From IMG/VR virus record IMGVR_UViG_3300008108_000039, positions 1-64,000 of that record: DNA of 64,000 nucleotides. One strand, 5' to 3'. How positions within the stretch are numbered: the stretch's first letter is position 1; each line of letters opens with the position of its first letter. Position numbers and translations under genes: made by a program. Under the pieces are notes generated by a model. It was not told the origin of the DNA and made no database searches. It saw nothing but the letters and a program-made list of their open reading frames with translations. This document shows positions 18,553-25,486 of the stretch, piece after piece. Source of the stretch: a virus.

Positions 18553-18804
18553 CTACTCTACAGAATCTGAATCTTTTTTACTATTAATCCATTTATCAAT
18601 TGAACCTATACCAAAGCAGGCAATAGTTAATATTTTAAACGAATCAAAAATAAATTCATTTACAACTAAATTTTTTCCTAACGCACCAGTTACCATGTCA
18701 ATGATAGCAAATATAACCATTATTAAGAATGACATAAACCCAATTACGGCTTTTTCGTTAATTGTATTTGAGTCATCGAACAAATTTTTAAAAAATTGTT
18801 TCAT
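18553..18804 (-). CDS. two-TM membrane protein (holin-like)
   Basis: two hydrophobic helices, charged tail. Confidence 0.55.
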   Translation of the reverse strand: MKQFFKNLFDDSNTINEKAVIGFMSFLIMVIFAIIDMVTGALGKNLVVNEFIFDSFKILTIACFGIGSIDKWINSKKDSDSVE

Positions 18805-18851
18805 ATTATTGATTTTAGTGGTTCATCAATAAATATGAATAAAAAAAGCAA

Positions 18852-19175
18852 CTAAACGTTGCTTTCCTTTACTTTACGACCGCGTTTTTTACCTTCTACT
18901 ATTTTCTTAATTTCAGCACATAACTCATATTCTTCAAGTTCAGCTAAATCATTAATACAATTATTTAATACTTCTTTATATTGTGATTTACCAACACCAA
19001 ATATTAGTTGGTCTGTATTTTTAAAGGTAATTTCAAATATATCTATTTGATCTTTACCTCGTTTATAAGCACTTAAAATACATTTAGCCATTTTTAGAAT
19101 AAGATCTGAGTCTCTATTTTTTAGTTTAGAGTAGAACTCATTGCTATTTTTCATGTTTAAATAGTGACATGCCAT
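18852..19175 (-). CDS. UVR-motif protein, paralog of 29692..29991
   Basis: ELEEYELCAEIKK UvrB/C-like coiled coil. Confidence 0.6.
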   Translation of the reverse strand: MACHYLNMKNSNEFYSKLKNRDSDLILKMAKCILSAYKRGKDQIDIFEITFKNTDQLIFGVGKSQYKEVLNNCINDLAELEEYELCAEIKKIVEGKKRGRKVKESNV

Positions 19176-19187
19176 AGTTATAAATAT

Positions 19188-19655
19188 TTATTTATTTTTT
19201 CCTGTATAGGTATTAGTTAAGGAGTGACAATTAGGGCAAAGGAATCTTAAATTAGATAATTTATAATTCCAAGCATTACCATCAATATGATCTAAATGTA
19301 AAGATAATTTTTTACCTATCCACTCTGAAATTCCACATTCGTTACATTCTTGCGGAATAAGATTTTCTTGTATAATACGTTTTCTTACTGAAGCACGAGT
19401 TGCATAATCCTCTATACTAATTATTCTTTTTTTGAAATTCTTTTTTAATCCTTTACCTGATTGGTTTGTATTGTAACAACCATATTCTATAGCGTATCTT
19501 TTAAAGGTATTAATATGCAATCCTAATCTAGAAGCAGCATGTGACATTGATTCACTACTATTACATATATCAATGAACTCTTGTTGGGGAATATCTTTGG
19601 GTTTAATTCCTGATTTTTCCCAGCTATTTGGTTTTTTAGTATTATATTGTTTCAT
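19188..19655 (-). CDS. freestanding HNH endonuclease
   Basis: CNECG...LHLDHIDG...NLRFLCPNCHSLT. Confidence 0.9.
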   Translation of the reverse strand: MKQYNTKKPNSWEKSGIKPKDIPQQEFIDICNSSESMSHAASRLGLHINTFKRYAIEYGCYNTNQSGKGLKKNFKKRIISIEDYATRASVRKRIIQENLIPQECNECGISEWIGKKLSLHLDHIDGNAWNYKLSNLRFLCPNCHSLTNTYTGKNK

Positions 19656-19699
19656 ATCAATAAATATTGGTAAATACTAGAAACCAATATTTTTTTGTG

Positions 19700-19981
19700 T
19701 GCCCCCAACGAGAATCGAACTCGTACTCGCTTACTAAGCGAACAGGATTTTCTTACTACTATAGCTTTCGCTACCTTTTCAGTTTGTAGTCTGGACTATA
19801 CCTTCACCTTATTTTTCAACTTAGGTGTTCCGTGTCTAGTCTCTACACCTTCCCTTTCGGGCTTGGCTCGGTATTACCATTTTAAAGGCTTCACCGAATT
19901 TACGGAATTTTACTCTTTAGATTTCTCTAAAGGCACTCAAATAACTAAGTCCTGCGTGTCTACCTATTCCACCACAGGGGC
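19700..19981 (-). tRNA. trnL: tRNA-Leu(UAA) interrupted by a group I intron (exons 19947..19981 and 19700..19751)
   Basis: joined exons give GCCCCTG acceptor, CAGGA-CTTAAAA-TCCTG anticodon arm, long variable arm, TTCGA T-loop. Confidence 0.9.
19752..19946 (-). mobile_element. ORF-less group I intron (IC3-like, 195 nt)
   Basis: inserted after U34; P1 ACUUA/UGAGU with U.G wobble; P AAATTCGGTGAA, Q AATACCGAGC, R GTAGAGACTAGA, S AAGGTATAGTCC; ends in G. Confidence 0.88.
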
Positions 19982-19984
19982 ATT

Positions 19985-20104
19985 TGCTGTCTTTCCAGCA
20001 GTCAGAAGAACTTGAAACTTACCTACGCACCAGTGAGGTATTCTTCATGTTTGTTCACAGAGCCTAAGCAGTGTCTAGTATGCTTTTGGTTGTCGTGCGT
20101 ATCA
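19985..20104 (-). ncRNA. pseudoknotted ncRNA motif, copy 1
   Basis: aligned with 23114..23233 with compensatory stem changes. Confidence 0.75.
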
Positions 20105-20196
20105 ATGATAGTTTATCCTTTTTACTCATCAAGTAATCCGTCCTATTGTAGGCACTTTGGCTCCTTAAAAACATACTACCAAACTAAACATCCTCG

Positions 20197-20353
20197 CTGT
20201 AAGGGAAGGATTCGAACCTTCATACGGTGATTCAATAAACGACATTTGTACTGCAGCTTGTGGTCAATCCTTATCGTTTATCTATTTCATTTTCCGCGCC
20301 CACGAGACGAGTGGGTGTGTATACCATGGTCTAGACTCTTTCACCACCTTACA
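20197..20353 (-). ncRNA. atypical tRNA-like RNA (expanded D-loop, ~70-nt variable region, loop TCGTCTC)
   Basis: TGTAAGG/CCTTACA acceptor, CCCAC/GTGGG arm, GAAGG-TTCGAAT-CCTTC T-arm. Confidence 0.7.
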
Positions 20354-20366
20354 ATTTTGTTTGATT

Positions 20367-20564
20367 TTATCTAGCTTCTTTATAAAGACGAATCAAAGTA
20401 AGTGCTATATCTACAGGAGCTAATATCCAACACATAATCACAAGACCTAAAGTATCAAGTCCTGGGCTAATGCCCAATCCTCCTGCCTGTACATCACGAT
20501 TCCATCTACGAAAAGTCATTATTAAACAATAAGCTAAACATATTAAATAATAGGTCCAAAACAT
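20367..20564 (-). CDS. small two-TM membrane protein
   Basis: 65 aa hydrophobic. Confidence 0.6.
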   Translation of the reverse strand: MFWTYYLICLAYCLIMTFRRWNRDVQAGGLGISPGLDTLGLVIMCWILAPVDIALTLIRLYKEAR

Positions 20565-20576
20565 AATTTTTATTTT

Positions 20577-21035
20577 TTATTTTACAAGAGCATCAGCAGC
20601 ATACGTCATCATTGGACATTCACCTTTATGTCTTACTTTATATCCCATACCTGTTACAATACCTACAGCACTTGCTAATGCTTGATTTGAACGGTATTTT
20701 GGATCAGGATTAAGATCAATATCAATCCAAGTTGCTACTATACTTGTTTCATTTTTAATTGCTTCTGCCACTTCAACAGAAAACCATACTTCATTTAATA
20801 AACGAACTGTATTTTCTTTTTCACGTAATGTATTAAATCTTGAATATAATACATGAGCTCCTTTTCCTGGGCGTGAAAGTCCAATTACAATAGCATATAT
20901 TGTTTCGTTTTTTCTGTTTTGTGAATCACATCCAATAAGTATTTCTACATTATCGTGTTGTAATATGTATTCTTTTATATATTGTATTAGCTCAATTTTT
21001 TGATTTGAAGCTAATGTTTTAAACATTTTTTCCAT
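20577..21035 (-). CDS. RNase H-fold protein (YkuK/DUF458-like)
   Basis: IGCDSQ, RLLNEVWFSVEVA, IDIDLN, YAAD. Confidence 0.8.
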   Translation of the reverse strand: MEKMFKTLASNQKIELIQYIKEYILQHDNVEILIGCDSQNRKNETIYAIVIGLSRPGKGAHVLYSRFNTLREKENTVRLLNEVWFSVEVAEAIKNETSIVATWIDIDLNPDPKYRSNQALASAVGIVTGMGYKVRHKGECPMMTYAADALVK

Positions 21036-21051
21036 AATTTAAAATTTAATA

Positions 21052-21119
21052 ACTGAGAAAATTTAACTGAGTTTGTTTTGATATTTGCAGAATCGAAGTA
21101 ACTCAACTATAACTACAGC
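21052..21119 (-). ncRNA. Y-RNA-like element 1
   Basis: stem-TAG-stem-GTTACTTCG...TTCT-stem consensus shared with 4 other elements; next to Ro60 gene. Confidence 0.65.
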
Positions 21120-21131
21120 ATTAATAAATTG

Positions 21132-21330
21132 ACCGAGATTTCTGGGGTGAGTCGTTCGGTAGCTCCGAACAGCACCAGGGAATTTATACTCGTCGTCAAG
21201 TGTTTTTTAAGCACCAGTACACGTCCTCTACCCTGATAACTCGAGGGAAGTTGGTAGATTGTATTTAAAATGAGCGGCATGTAGCCGCGGTATTTAATTA
21301 CGAAGTACCTCACCTAATCCTTACTACGGT
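21132..21330 (-). ncRNA. Y-RNA-like element 2 (large insert)
   Basis: ACCG-TAG...GGTGAG-GTACTTCG...CTCACC...TCT-CGGT. Confidence 0.65.
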
Positions 21331-21367
21331 AATATTTTAATCAAAGATCTATTTGTTATATATAAAT

Positions 21368-21397
21368 ATACGGGCGGCGTTTTAAACCGCCCATATA
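21368..21397 (-). terminator. hairpin terminator after Ro60 gene
   Basis: GGGCGG/CCGCCC stem followed by AT tract. Confidence 0.55.
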
Positions 21398-22939
21398 TTA
21401 TATTTCAATTGCTTCAATAGCTTTAATCAGTGCTTTTGGATCAATTTCTACTTTTTTAATCAGTTCATAAATGTCTGATGAATATCCGTAAATACCATAA
21501 ACTTTACTTCCTGGTTTAAACATTGTAGTTCCATATCCGCAAATATCTACTGAATATACATGCATATTTGCATATGCTGATTTTTCTATGTGATCTTTAC
21601 CTTGCATATCTGAAATTATAAACACACGATCATAGTTTTTTCCTATAGTTCTGAATATGCTTTCAAATGCTGTTCCATATCCTACTGATCCTTGTTGACC
21701 TAAGAATTGATTCTTAAGTGTATTTACACTATCAAGTGGGTTAAACTTAATTTGAGTAGTTCTATCAGCAAAATGATAAACATCGGCATTAATACCCTTA
21801 GCTAATGTAGCTGCAATTAATGCTGCTTTTGCAATAGCGGATTCTGAACCAGCATTTTTATTAGCTAATCTAATTCGTGAGGTCATTGAACCTGAACTAT
21901 CAAATATTACTGCTGTTTTTCCATGTGGAAATAATTCAGTTAAGTTTGGAATAGCTAACTCATAAGCTGTATTTAAAGCATTTATAAATGGTCTTGCTCC
22001 ACTTGCTCCAAATTCATCTAACATTATTTCTAATGCTAAATCAATTTGGTGAGGAAATACTAATGATTGCTTAATTAGAGCTTTATCAGTTAATAATTCA
22101 CAAGCACCTTTAATAACTTCGGATTTAGCTCCTGTTTTTAAGATGTTTCTTAAGTTACGTAGTAACGCTAAGTAACCAATCTTACGAGTTTCAATCAATT
22201 CAGCAAAGTTATCTTCTTTAGCTTCATTTAATACTGCTACAGCTTGTTCAGCAGTAATTTTTCCTGCTTTTACTTTAGCTGCTACTTCTTGACCTGCTTT
22301 AGTATTTTTATCTTCTACTGTGTTAAATTGCTTTAACTCACCTTTCATCAATTTAGCAAACACTGACTTCATCTTTTCAGAAGGTTTTGGGTGTACTAAA
22401 TTAATAATATCAACTAAAGATAAATCACGATTTTTAGCTTGATATTTTGCTAATTCATATTCATCAGCTGCTTCTAAAGCCGCTTTAAATCCTTTTTTGA
22501 TAGCGTTTGATAATTGTTTACCTGGGTTTCTAGCTTGATAGCATGCTGCTATTTCTAGCATATCATCTAAACGATAGATGACACCACCAGCATTTGCTTT
22601 TCTTTCTCTTTTAGAGAAGAATCTAGCACCTAAACTATCACCAGCTAATACTTTAGCTAATTCTACAGCACCAAAGTGTGTAACAGTTCTTTGACCCATA
22701 ACACTACGAGCATATACCATTGCTTTTGCAGCGAATACTTTATCAGTTTTAGCTACTTCAGCAATAACATTAGCAAAACGTTGTTCGCGTTCACCTAGTT
22801 TTTCATAATACTTATTATCCAAACCTGTAGCTAAAATTGCTACTAGTTCAGTTTTTGAATCATATTGATAACCATTTCCACCTTGGTGGTTTACAACTGT
22901 TTGTACAGTTGGTTTTGCTTTTGCATTAAAACGTGCCAT
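21398..22939 (-). CDS. rsr: Ro60/TROVE-domain RNA-binding protein with C-terminal vWA domain (Rsr-like)
   Basis: NHQGG, YELAKY, DIINLVHPKP, ALLRNLRNI, MIDAS DSSGSM, GYGT, ISDMQ. Confidence 0.92.
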   Translation of the reverse strand: MARFNAKAKPTVQTVVNHQGGNGYQYDSKTELVAILATGLDNKYYEKLGEREQRFANVIAEVAKTDKVFAAKAMVYARSVMGQRTVTHFGAVELAKVLAGDSLGARFFSKRERKANAGGVIYRLDDMLEIAACYQARNPGKQLSNAIKKGFKAALEAADEYELAKYQAKNRDLSLVDIINLVHPKPSEKMKSVFAKLMKGELKQFNTVEDKNTKAGQEVAAKVKAGKITAEQAVAVLNEAKEDNFAELIETRKIGYLALLRNLRNILKTGAKSEVIKGACELLTDKALIKQSLVFPHQIDLALEIMLDEFGASGARPFINALNTAYELAIPNLTELFPHGKTAVIFDSSGSMTSRIRLANKNAGSESAIAKAALIAATLAKGINADVYHFADRTTQIKFNPLDSVNTLKNQFLGQQGSVGYGTAFESIFRTIGKNYDRVFIISDMQGKDHIEKSAYANMHVYSVDICGYGTTMFKPGSKVYGIYGYSSDIYELIKKVEIDPKALIKAIEAIEI

Positions 22940-23026
22940 TTTACTACTAATTTAATTGTTAGAGAATATTAATTGCTTTTTACTTAATAAATGTAAGACT
23001 ATCTTTTTTGACAACCAAACTTTTTG

Positions 23027-23108
23027 TGCCCAGAGAGAGACTCGAACTCTCACGCCTTTCGGCACCAGTTTCTAAAACTGGCGTGTACTGCCATTTCACC
23101 ACCTGGGC
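23027..23108 (-). tRNA. tRNA-Leu(UAG)
   Basis: cloverleaf, CCAGT-TTTAGAA-ACTGG, long variable arm. Confidence 0.92.
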
Positions 23109-23113
23109 ATAGA

Positions 23114-23233
23114 GTGGGCCTTTCCCCACGGTCAAACAAGCTTGAAATTTACCTACGCACAGTGAGGTACTTGTTGTGATCATTCACAGAGCCTAACCCT
23201 TTACTAGTATAGTTTCGGTTGTCGTGCGTGTCA
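23114..23233 (-). ncRNA. pseudoknotted ncRNA motif, copy 2
   Basis: see copy 1. Confidence 0.75.
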
Positions 23234-23238
23234 TGCTG

Positions 23239-23334
23239 TAGTCAGGACAGGATTCGAACCTGCAGTGTAGGACTTATTTTTTTTTGCCTCTATCCGTTAC
23301 GGAACACCCTTTAGCCAATTTGGGACACCTGACT
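23239..23334 (-). ncRNA. tRNA-like element with AGTCAGG/CCTGACT acceptor and no canonical anticodon arm
   Basis: D-arm CCC..GGG, GCAGG-TTCGAAT-CCTGT T-arm. Confidence 0.65.
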
Positions 23335-23337
23335 GTT

Positions 23338-23583
23338 TTATAAGCCATCTTCCCAACGCCCTAAAACTAGTTGAGGAATTATTCCGGTATTCTCTTTCTC
23401 AAATAAACTTTCATCAAATTTAAAATCAACAACTATTTTTTCATCGCTTACCCAATTTTTACCAAAATCTTCAATAGTTAATTCGGCACCATATTTAACT
23501 AACAATGCTTTTAACTCATTATAAAATAATTGTTGCTTTTCAACAGTTGAATTATATTGCTTTTCCTTGTTCATATTATACAA
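23338..23583 (-). CDS. hypothetical protein
   Basis: 81 aa AT-rich ORF inside RNA island. Confidence 0.6.
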   Translation of the reverse strand: MYNMNKEKQYNSTVEKQQLFYNELKALLVKYGAELTIEDFGKNWVSDEKIVVDFKFDESLFEKENTGIIPQLVLGRWEDGL

Positions 23584-23625
23584 ATTAGTGCTATTATAGC
23601 CATTGTTTTTAGTTTTTATTTTTCG

Positions 23626-23728
23626 TAGTCTTTATATAAACGTAGGGTTGCAACCCCTAACTGCCTAAGTGTCATACACCTCCTGCTTGGACATTTATAT
23701 TGCGTCTAACCAATTTCGCCACCTGACT
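23626..23728 (-). ncRNA. second AGTCAGG tRNA-like element, T-arm missing
   Basis: AGTCAGG-TG-GCG-AAATTGGTTAGA-CGC 5' half; ends ...GACTAC without T-arm. Confidence 0.5.
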
Positions 23729-23735
23729 ATCTTAG

Positions 23736-23807
23736 AAGCCTCGGAGGAACTCGAATCCCCAACGTTCTCCTTAGAAGGGAGACATTCTTCCATTGAATTA
23801 CGAGGCC
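23736..23807 (-). tRNA. tRNA-Arg(UCU)
   Basis: TCTCC-CTTCTAA-GGAGA. Confidence 0.9.
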
Positions 23808-23812
23808 AAATG

Positions 23813-23884
23813 AGCAGGTAGTCAGAATCGAACTGACATCTCGAGTTTGGAAGACTAGAGCACTAACCGTTGTGCTATACCTGC
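23813..23884 (-). tRNA. tRNA-Gly(UCC)
   Basis: CTAGT-CTTCCAA-ACTCG, U73. Confidence 0.88.
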
Positions 23885-23972
23885 AATTCAAAGACAAACC
23901 TCGGCCTTGTATACCGACTTGGAAACCCTTTAGCTAGCCACTAACACTGATTGTAGTCTATTTGTCTTTTTG

Positions 23973-24056
23973 AGCCGAGCAAGAGATTCGAACTCTCAGT
24001 GGACTTTCGTCGCCTGCTTACAAGGCAGGTGCAATCAACCATTATGCGAACTCGGC
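23973..24056 (-). tRNA. tRNA-Thr(UGU) with long variable arm
   Basis: GCCGAGT acceptor, CCTGC-CTTGTAA-GCAGG, GAC-GAAA-GTC extra arm. Confidence 0.85.
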
Positions 24057-24064
24057 ATTATTTG

Positions 24065-24133
24065 TAGCGTATACTAGTGTCGATCTAGTCTAAAATCGGA
24101 TATGAGCCAATTTTGGTCGCCGGACCATACGCC
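24065..24133 (-). tRNA. atypical tRNA with CAU anticodon
   Basis: GGCGTAT/ATACGCT acceptor, 4-nt D loop, 8-bp anticodon stem, T-loop ATCGACA. Confidence 0.55.
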
Positions 24134-24137
24134 AAGT

Positions 24138-24274
24138 AAAACACTGCTGGGATACCCGTCTCGTCCCAATCTTAACGGCTTTATTGAAGTTTTATGATGC
24201 ATCGGCCGAGGGTGATACTGCTTTTATTCTCATTCGGTTTGTCGACAACCAGCCTGAGAGTCAGTCAGTGTTTT
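24138..24274 (-). ncRNA. structured spacer RNA with predicted pseudoknots
   Basis: closing helix AAACACTG/CAGTGTTT; CCGT/ACGG crossed by GGGA/TCCC. Confidence 0.5.
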
Positions 24275-24275
24275 G

Positions 24276-24349
24276 TTGCGGTGGGCTAGATTCGAACTAG
24301 CGATTTTGACCTTATGAGAGTCACGAGATGACCACTTCTCTACCCCGCA
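24276..24349 (-). tRNA. tRNA-Met(CAU), initiator-like body
   Basis: TGCGGGG acceptor, TGACT-CTCATAA-GGTCA. Confidence 0.8.
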
Positions 24350-24360
24350 ATATAAGTTTG

Positions 24361-24433
24361 TAGTGATGACGAGACTCGAACTCGTAACCTCGATGGTATA
24401 AGCATCTTGCGCTGACCATTGCGCCACATCACC
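24361..24433 (-). tRNA. tRNA-Ile(UAU)
   Basis: AGATG-CTTATAC-CATCG, A73. Confidence 0.85.
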
Positions 24434-24516
24434 AAATTTAAATAACTACTTACTCTATATAACCACCATCCACGTCATGCGCTGGTTGAGCTCAGCCAGC
24501 AAGTAGTTTGTTTAAG

Positions 24517-24590
24517 CCGGAACAACGGGATTCGAACCCGTACCGCACACCGTGACAAGGTGGCATTGTAAACCATTCAACCATGCTCCG
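24517..24590 (-). tRNA. tRNA-Asp(GUC)
   Basis: CACC-TTGTCAC-GGTG, G73. Confidence 0.88.
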
Positions 24591-24699
24591 GAATAAAGTA
24601 AGAAAGTTCATTACGTCTAACAAACCAGTGTTTCTACTTTGGCTCAATCGAATTATGATCACTTCACGATGTGTTGCATTTCGTCTACTTCTTACTTTG

Positions 24700-24771
24700 T
24701 ACTCCCGACGAGAATCGAACTCGCATTTTCAGATCGAAAATCTGACATCCTAACCATTAGATGACAGGAGC
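24700..24771 (-). tRNA. tRNA-Glu(UUC)
   Basis: TCAGA-TTTTCGA-TCTGA. Confidence 0.9.
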
Positions 24772-24775
24772 GTAA

Positions 24776-24884
24776 TGATGAAAGAATATTGGTACAGTTT
24801 CAGCCGGAATTGAACCGGAAAGTTTAAACCAAAATTAAATGCCCACCATGGGCGCGAAGTAACTGTGGTCCTTACTATTCATCA
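24776..24884 (-). ncRNA. Y-RNA-like element 3 with degenerate tRNA-Gln-like insert
   Basis: TGATGAA-TAG..ACAGTTACTTCG..AACTGT..TTCT-TTCATCA; D-, UUG anticodon- and T-like hairpins inside. Confidence 0.7.
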
Positions 24885-24887
24885 ATG

Positions 24888-24973
24888 TGGGAGTAACAGG
24901 AATCGAACCTGTACCTCTGCAGGCTGCGGTTTTACAGACCGTGGTGGCTAAAGCCAGTATCCACCTTACTCCC
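24888..24973 (-). tRNA. tRNA-Tyr(GUA)
   Basis: CGGT-CTGTAAA-ACCG, long variable arm. Confidence 0.88.
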
Positions 24974-24976
24974 AAT

Positions 24977-25108
24977 TTGTAGAAGAATGCTTAGAAAAGT
25001 TTGTTTTGGTTGTAAATGCGGGACTCAAACCCACGCGTTTTTCTTGGAAGGAAAATGATCTATCTCTGATCTAATTTACGAAGTAACTTTTCAATTTACT
25101 ATCTACAA
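24977..25108 (-). ncRNA. Y-RNA-like element 4 containing a complete tRNA-Gly(UCC)-like cloverleaf (25007..25080)
   Basis: TTGTAGA-TAG..GAAAAGTTACTTCG-[GTAAAT..GATC/GATC..TTTTC-CTTCCAA-GAAAA..GTGGG/CCCGC..ATTTAC-AA-CCA]-AACTTTTC..TTCT-TCTACAA. Confidence 0.72.
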
Positions 25109-25114
25109 TAATTT

Positions 25115-25192
25115 TGCTGAGAATGACTAGAAGAGTTGTTTTTCAATTTAGATTTACAAGTCTACGAAGTAACTCTATCTATAACTACAGCA
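25115..25192 (-). ncRNA. Y-RNA-like element 5
   Basis: TGCTG-TAG-TTATAGATAGAGTTACTTCG..AACTCTTCTAG..TTCT-CAGCA. Confidence 0.7.
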
Positions 25193-25200
25193 TTTGTATT

Positions 25201-25259
25201 TTCAAAGATCTTTTATTCTTATTTTTCTTATACATTAAATATACAATAAAAATTTTGCC
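25201..25259 (-). promoter_or_regulatory. internal promoter (GGCAAAAT..TATATT) plus boxA-like GATCTTTGAA for second half of RNA island
   Basis: motif at 25238-25259, boxA-like at 25201-25210. Confidence 0.6.
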
Positions 25260-25275
25260 AAAAGATATTTTTTTG

Positions 25276-25347
25276 CGCTTTCGGAGAATTACGATATCTC
25301 GGCCTCGAATTTAACAAATTCTTGCTCTGCCTCTGAGCTACGAAAGC
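25276..25347 (-). tRNA. tRNA-Asn(GUU)
   Basis: GAAT-TTGTTAA-ATTC; atypical T-loop. Confidence 0.8.
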
Positions 25348-25352
25348 GAATG

Positions 25353-25425
25353 TGGAGATACCAAGACTCGAACTTGGATTACCTGAGTATCAGTCAGGCG
25401 TGATAAACCATTCTACTATATCTCC
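25353..25425 (-). tRNA. tRNA-Ile(GAU)
   Basis: CCTGA-CTGATAC-TCAGG. Confidence 0.9.
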
Positions 25426-25486
25426 ATGGGGTCCGATACTAGCTTTCCATCACACTCGGACCAAGATGTGCGTCATACTAGGTTTG

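Noticed and set aside
22955-23016. Possible sixth Y-like element in the Ro60 5' leader (TAG...TTCT)
   Set aside because: It lacks the TACTTCG core and the stems are weak.
25430-25462. GGTCCGAGTG resembling the vertebrate Y RNA 5' end
   Set aside because: The match is short, in a 33-nt hairpin without the bulged-C partner strand; likely chance.
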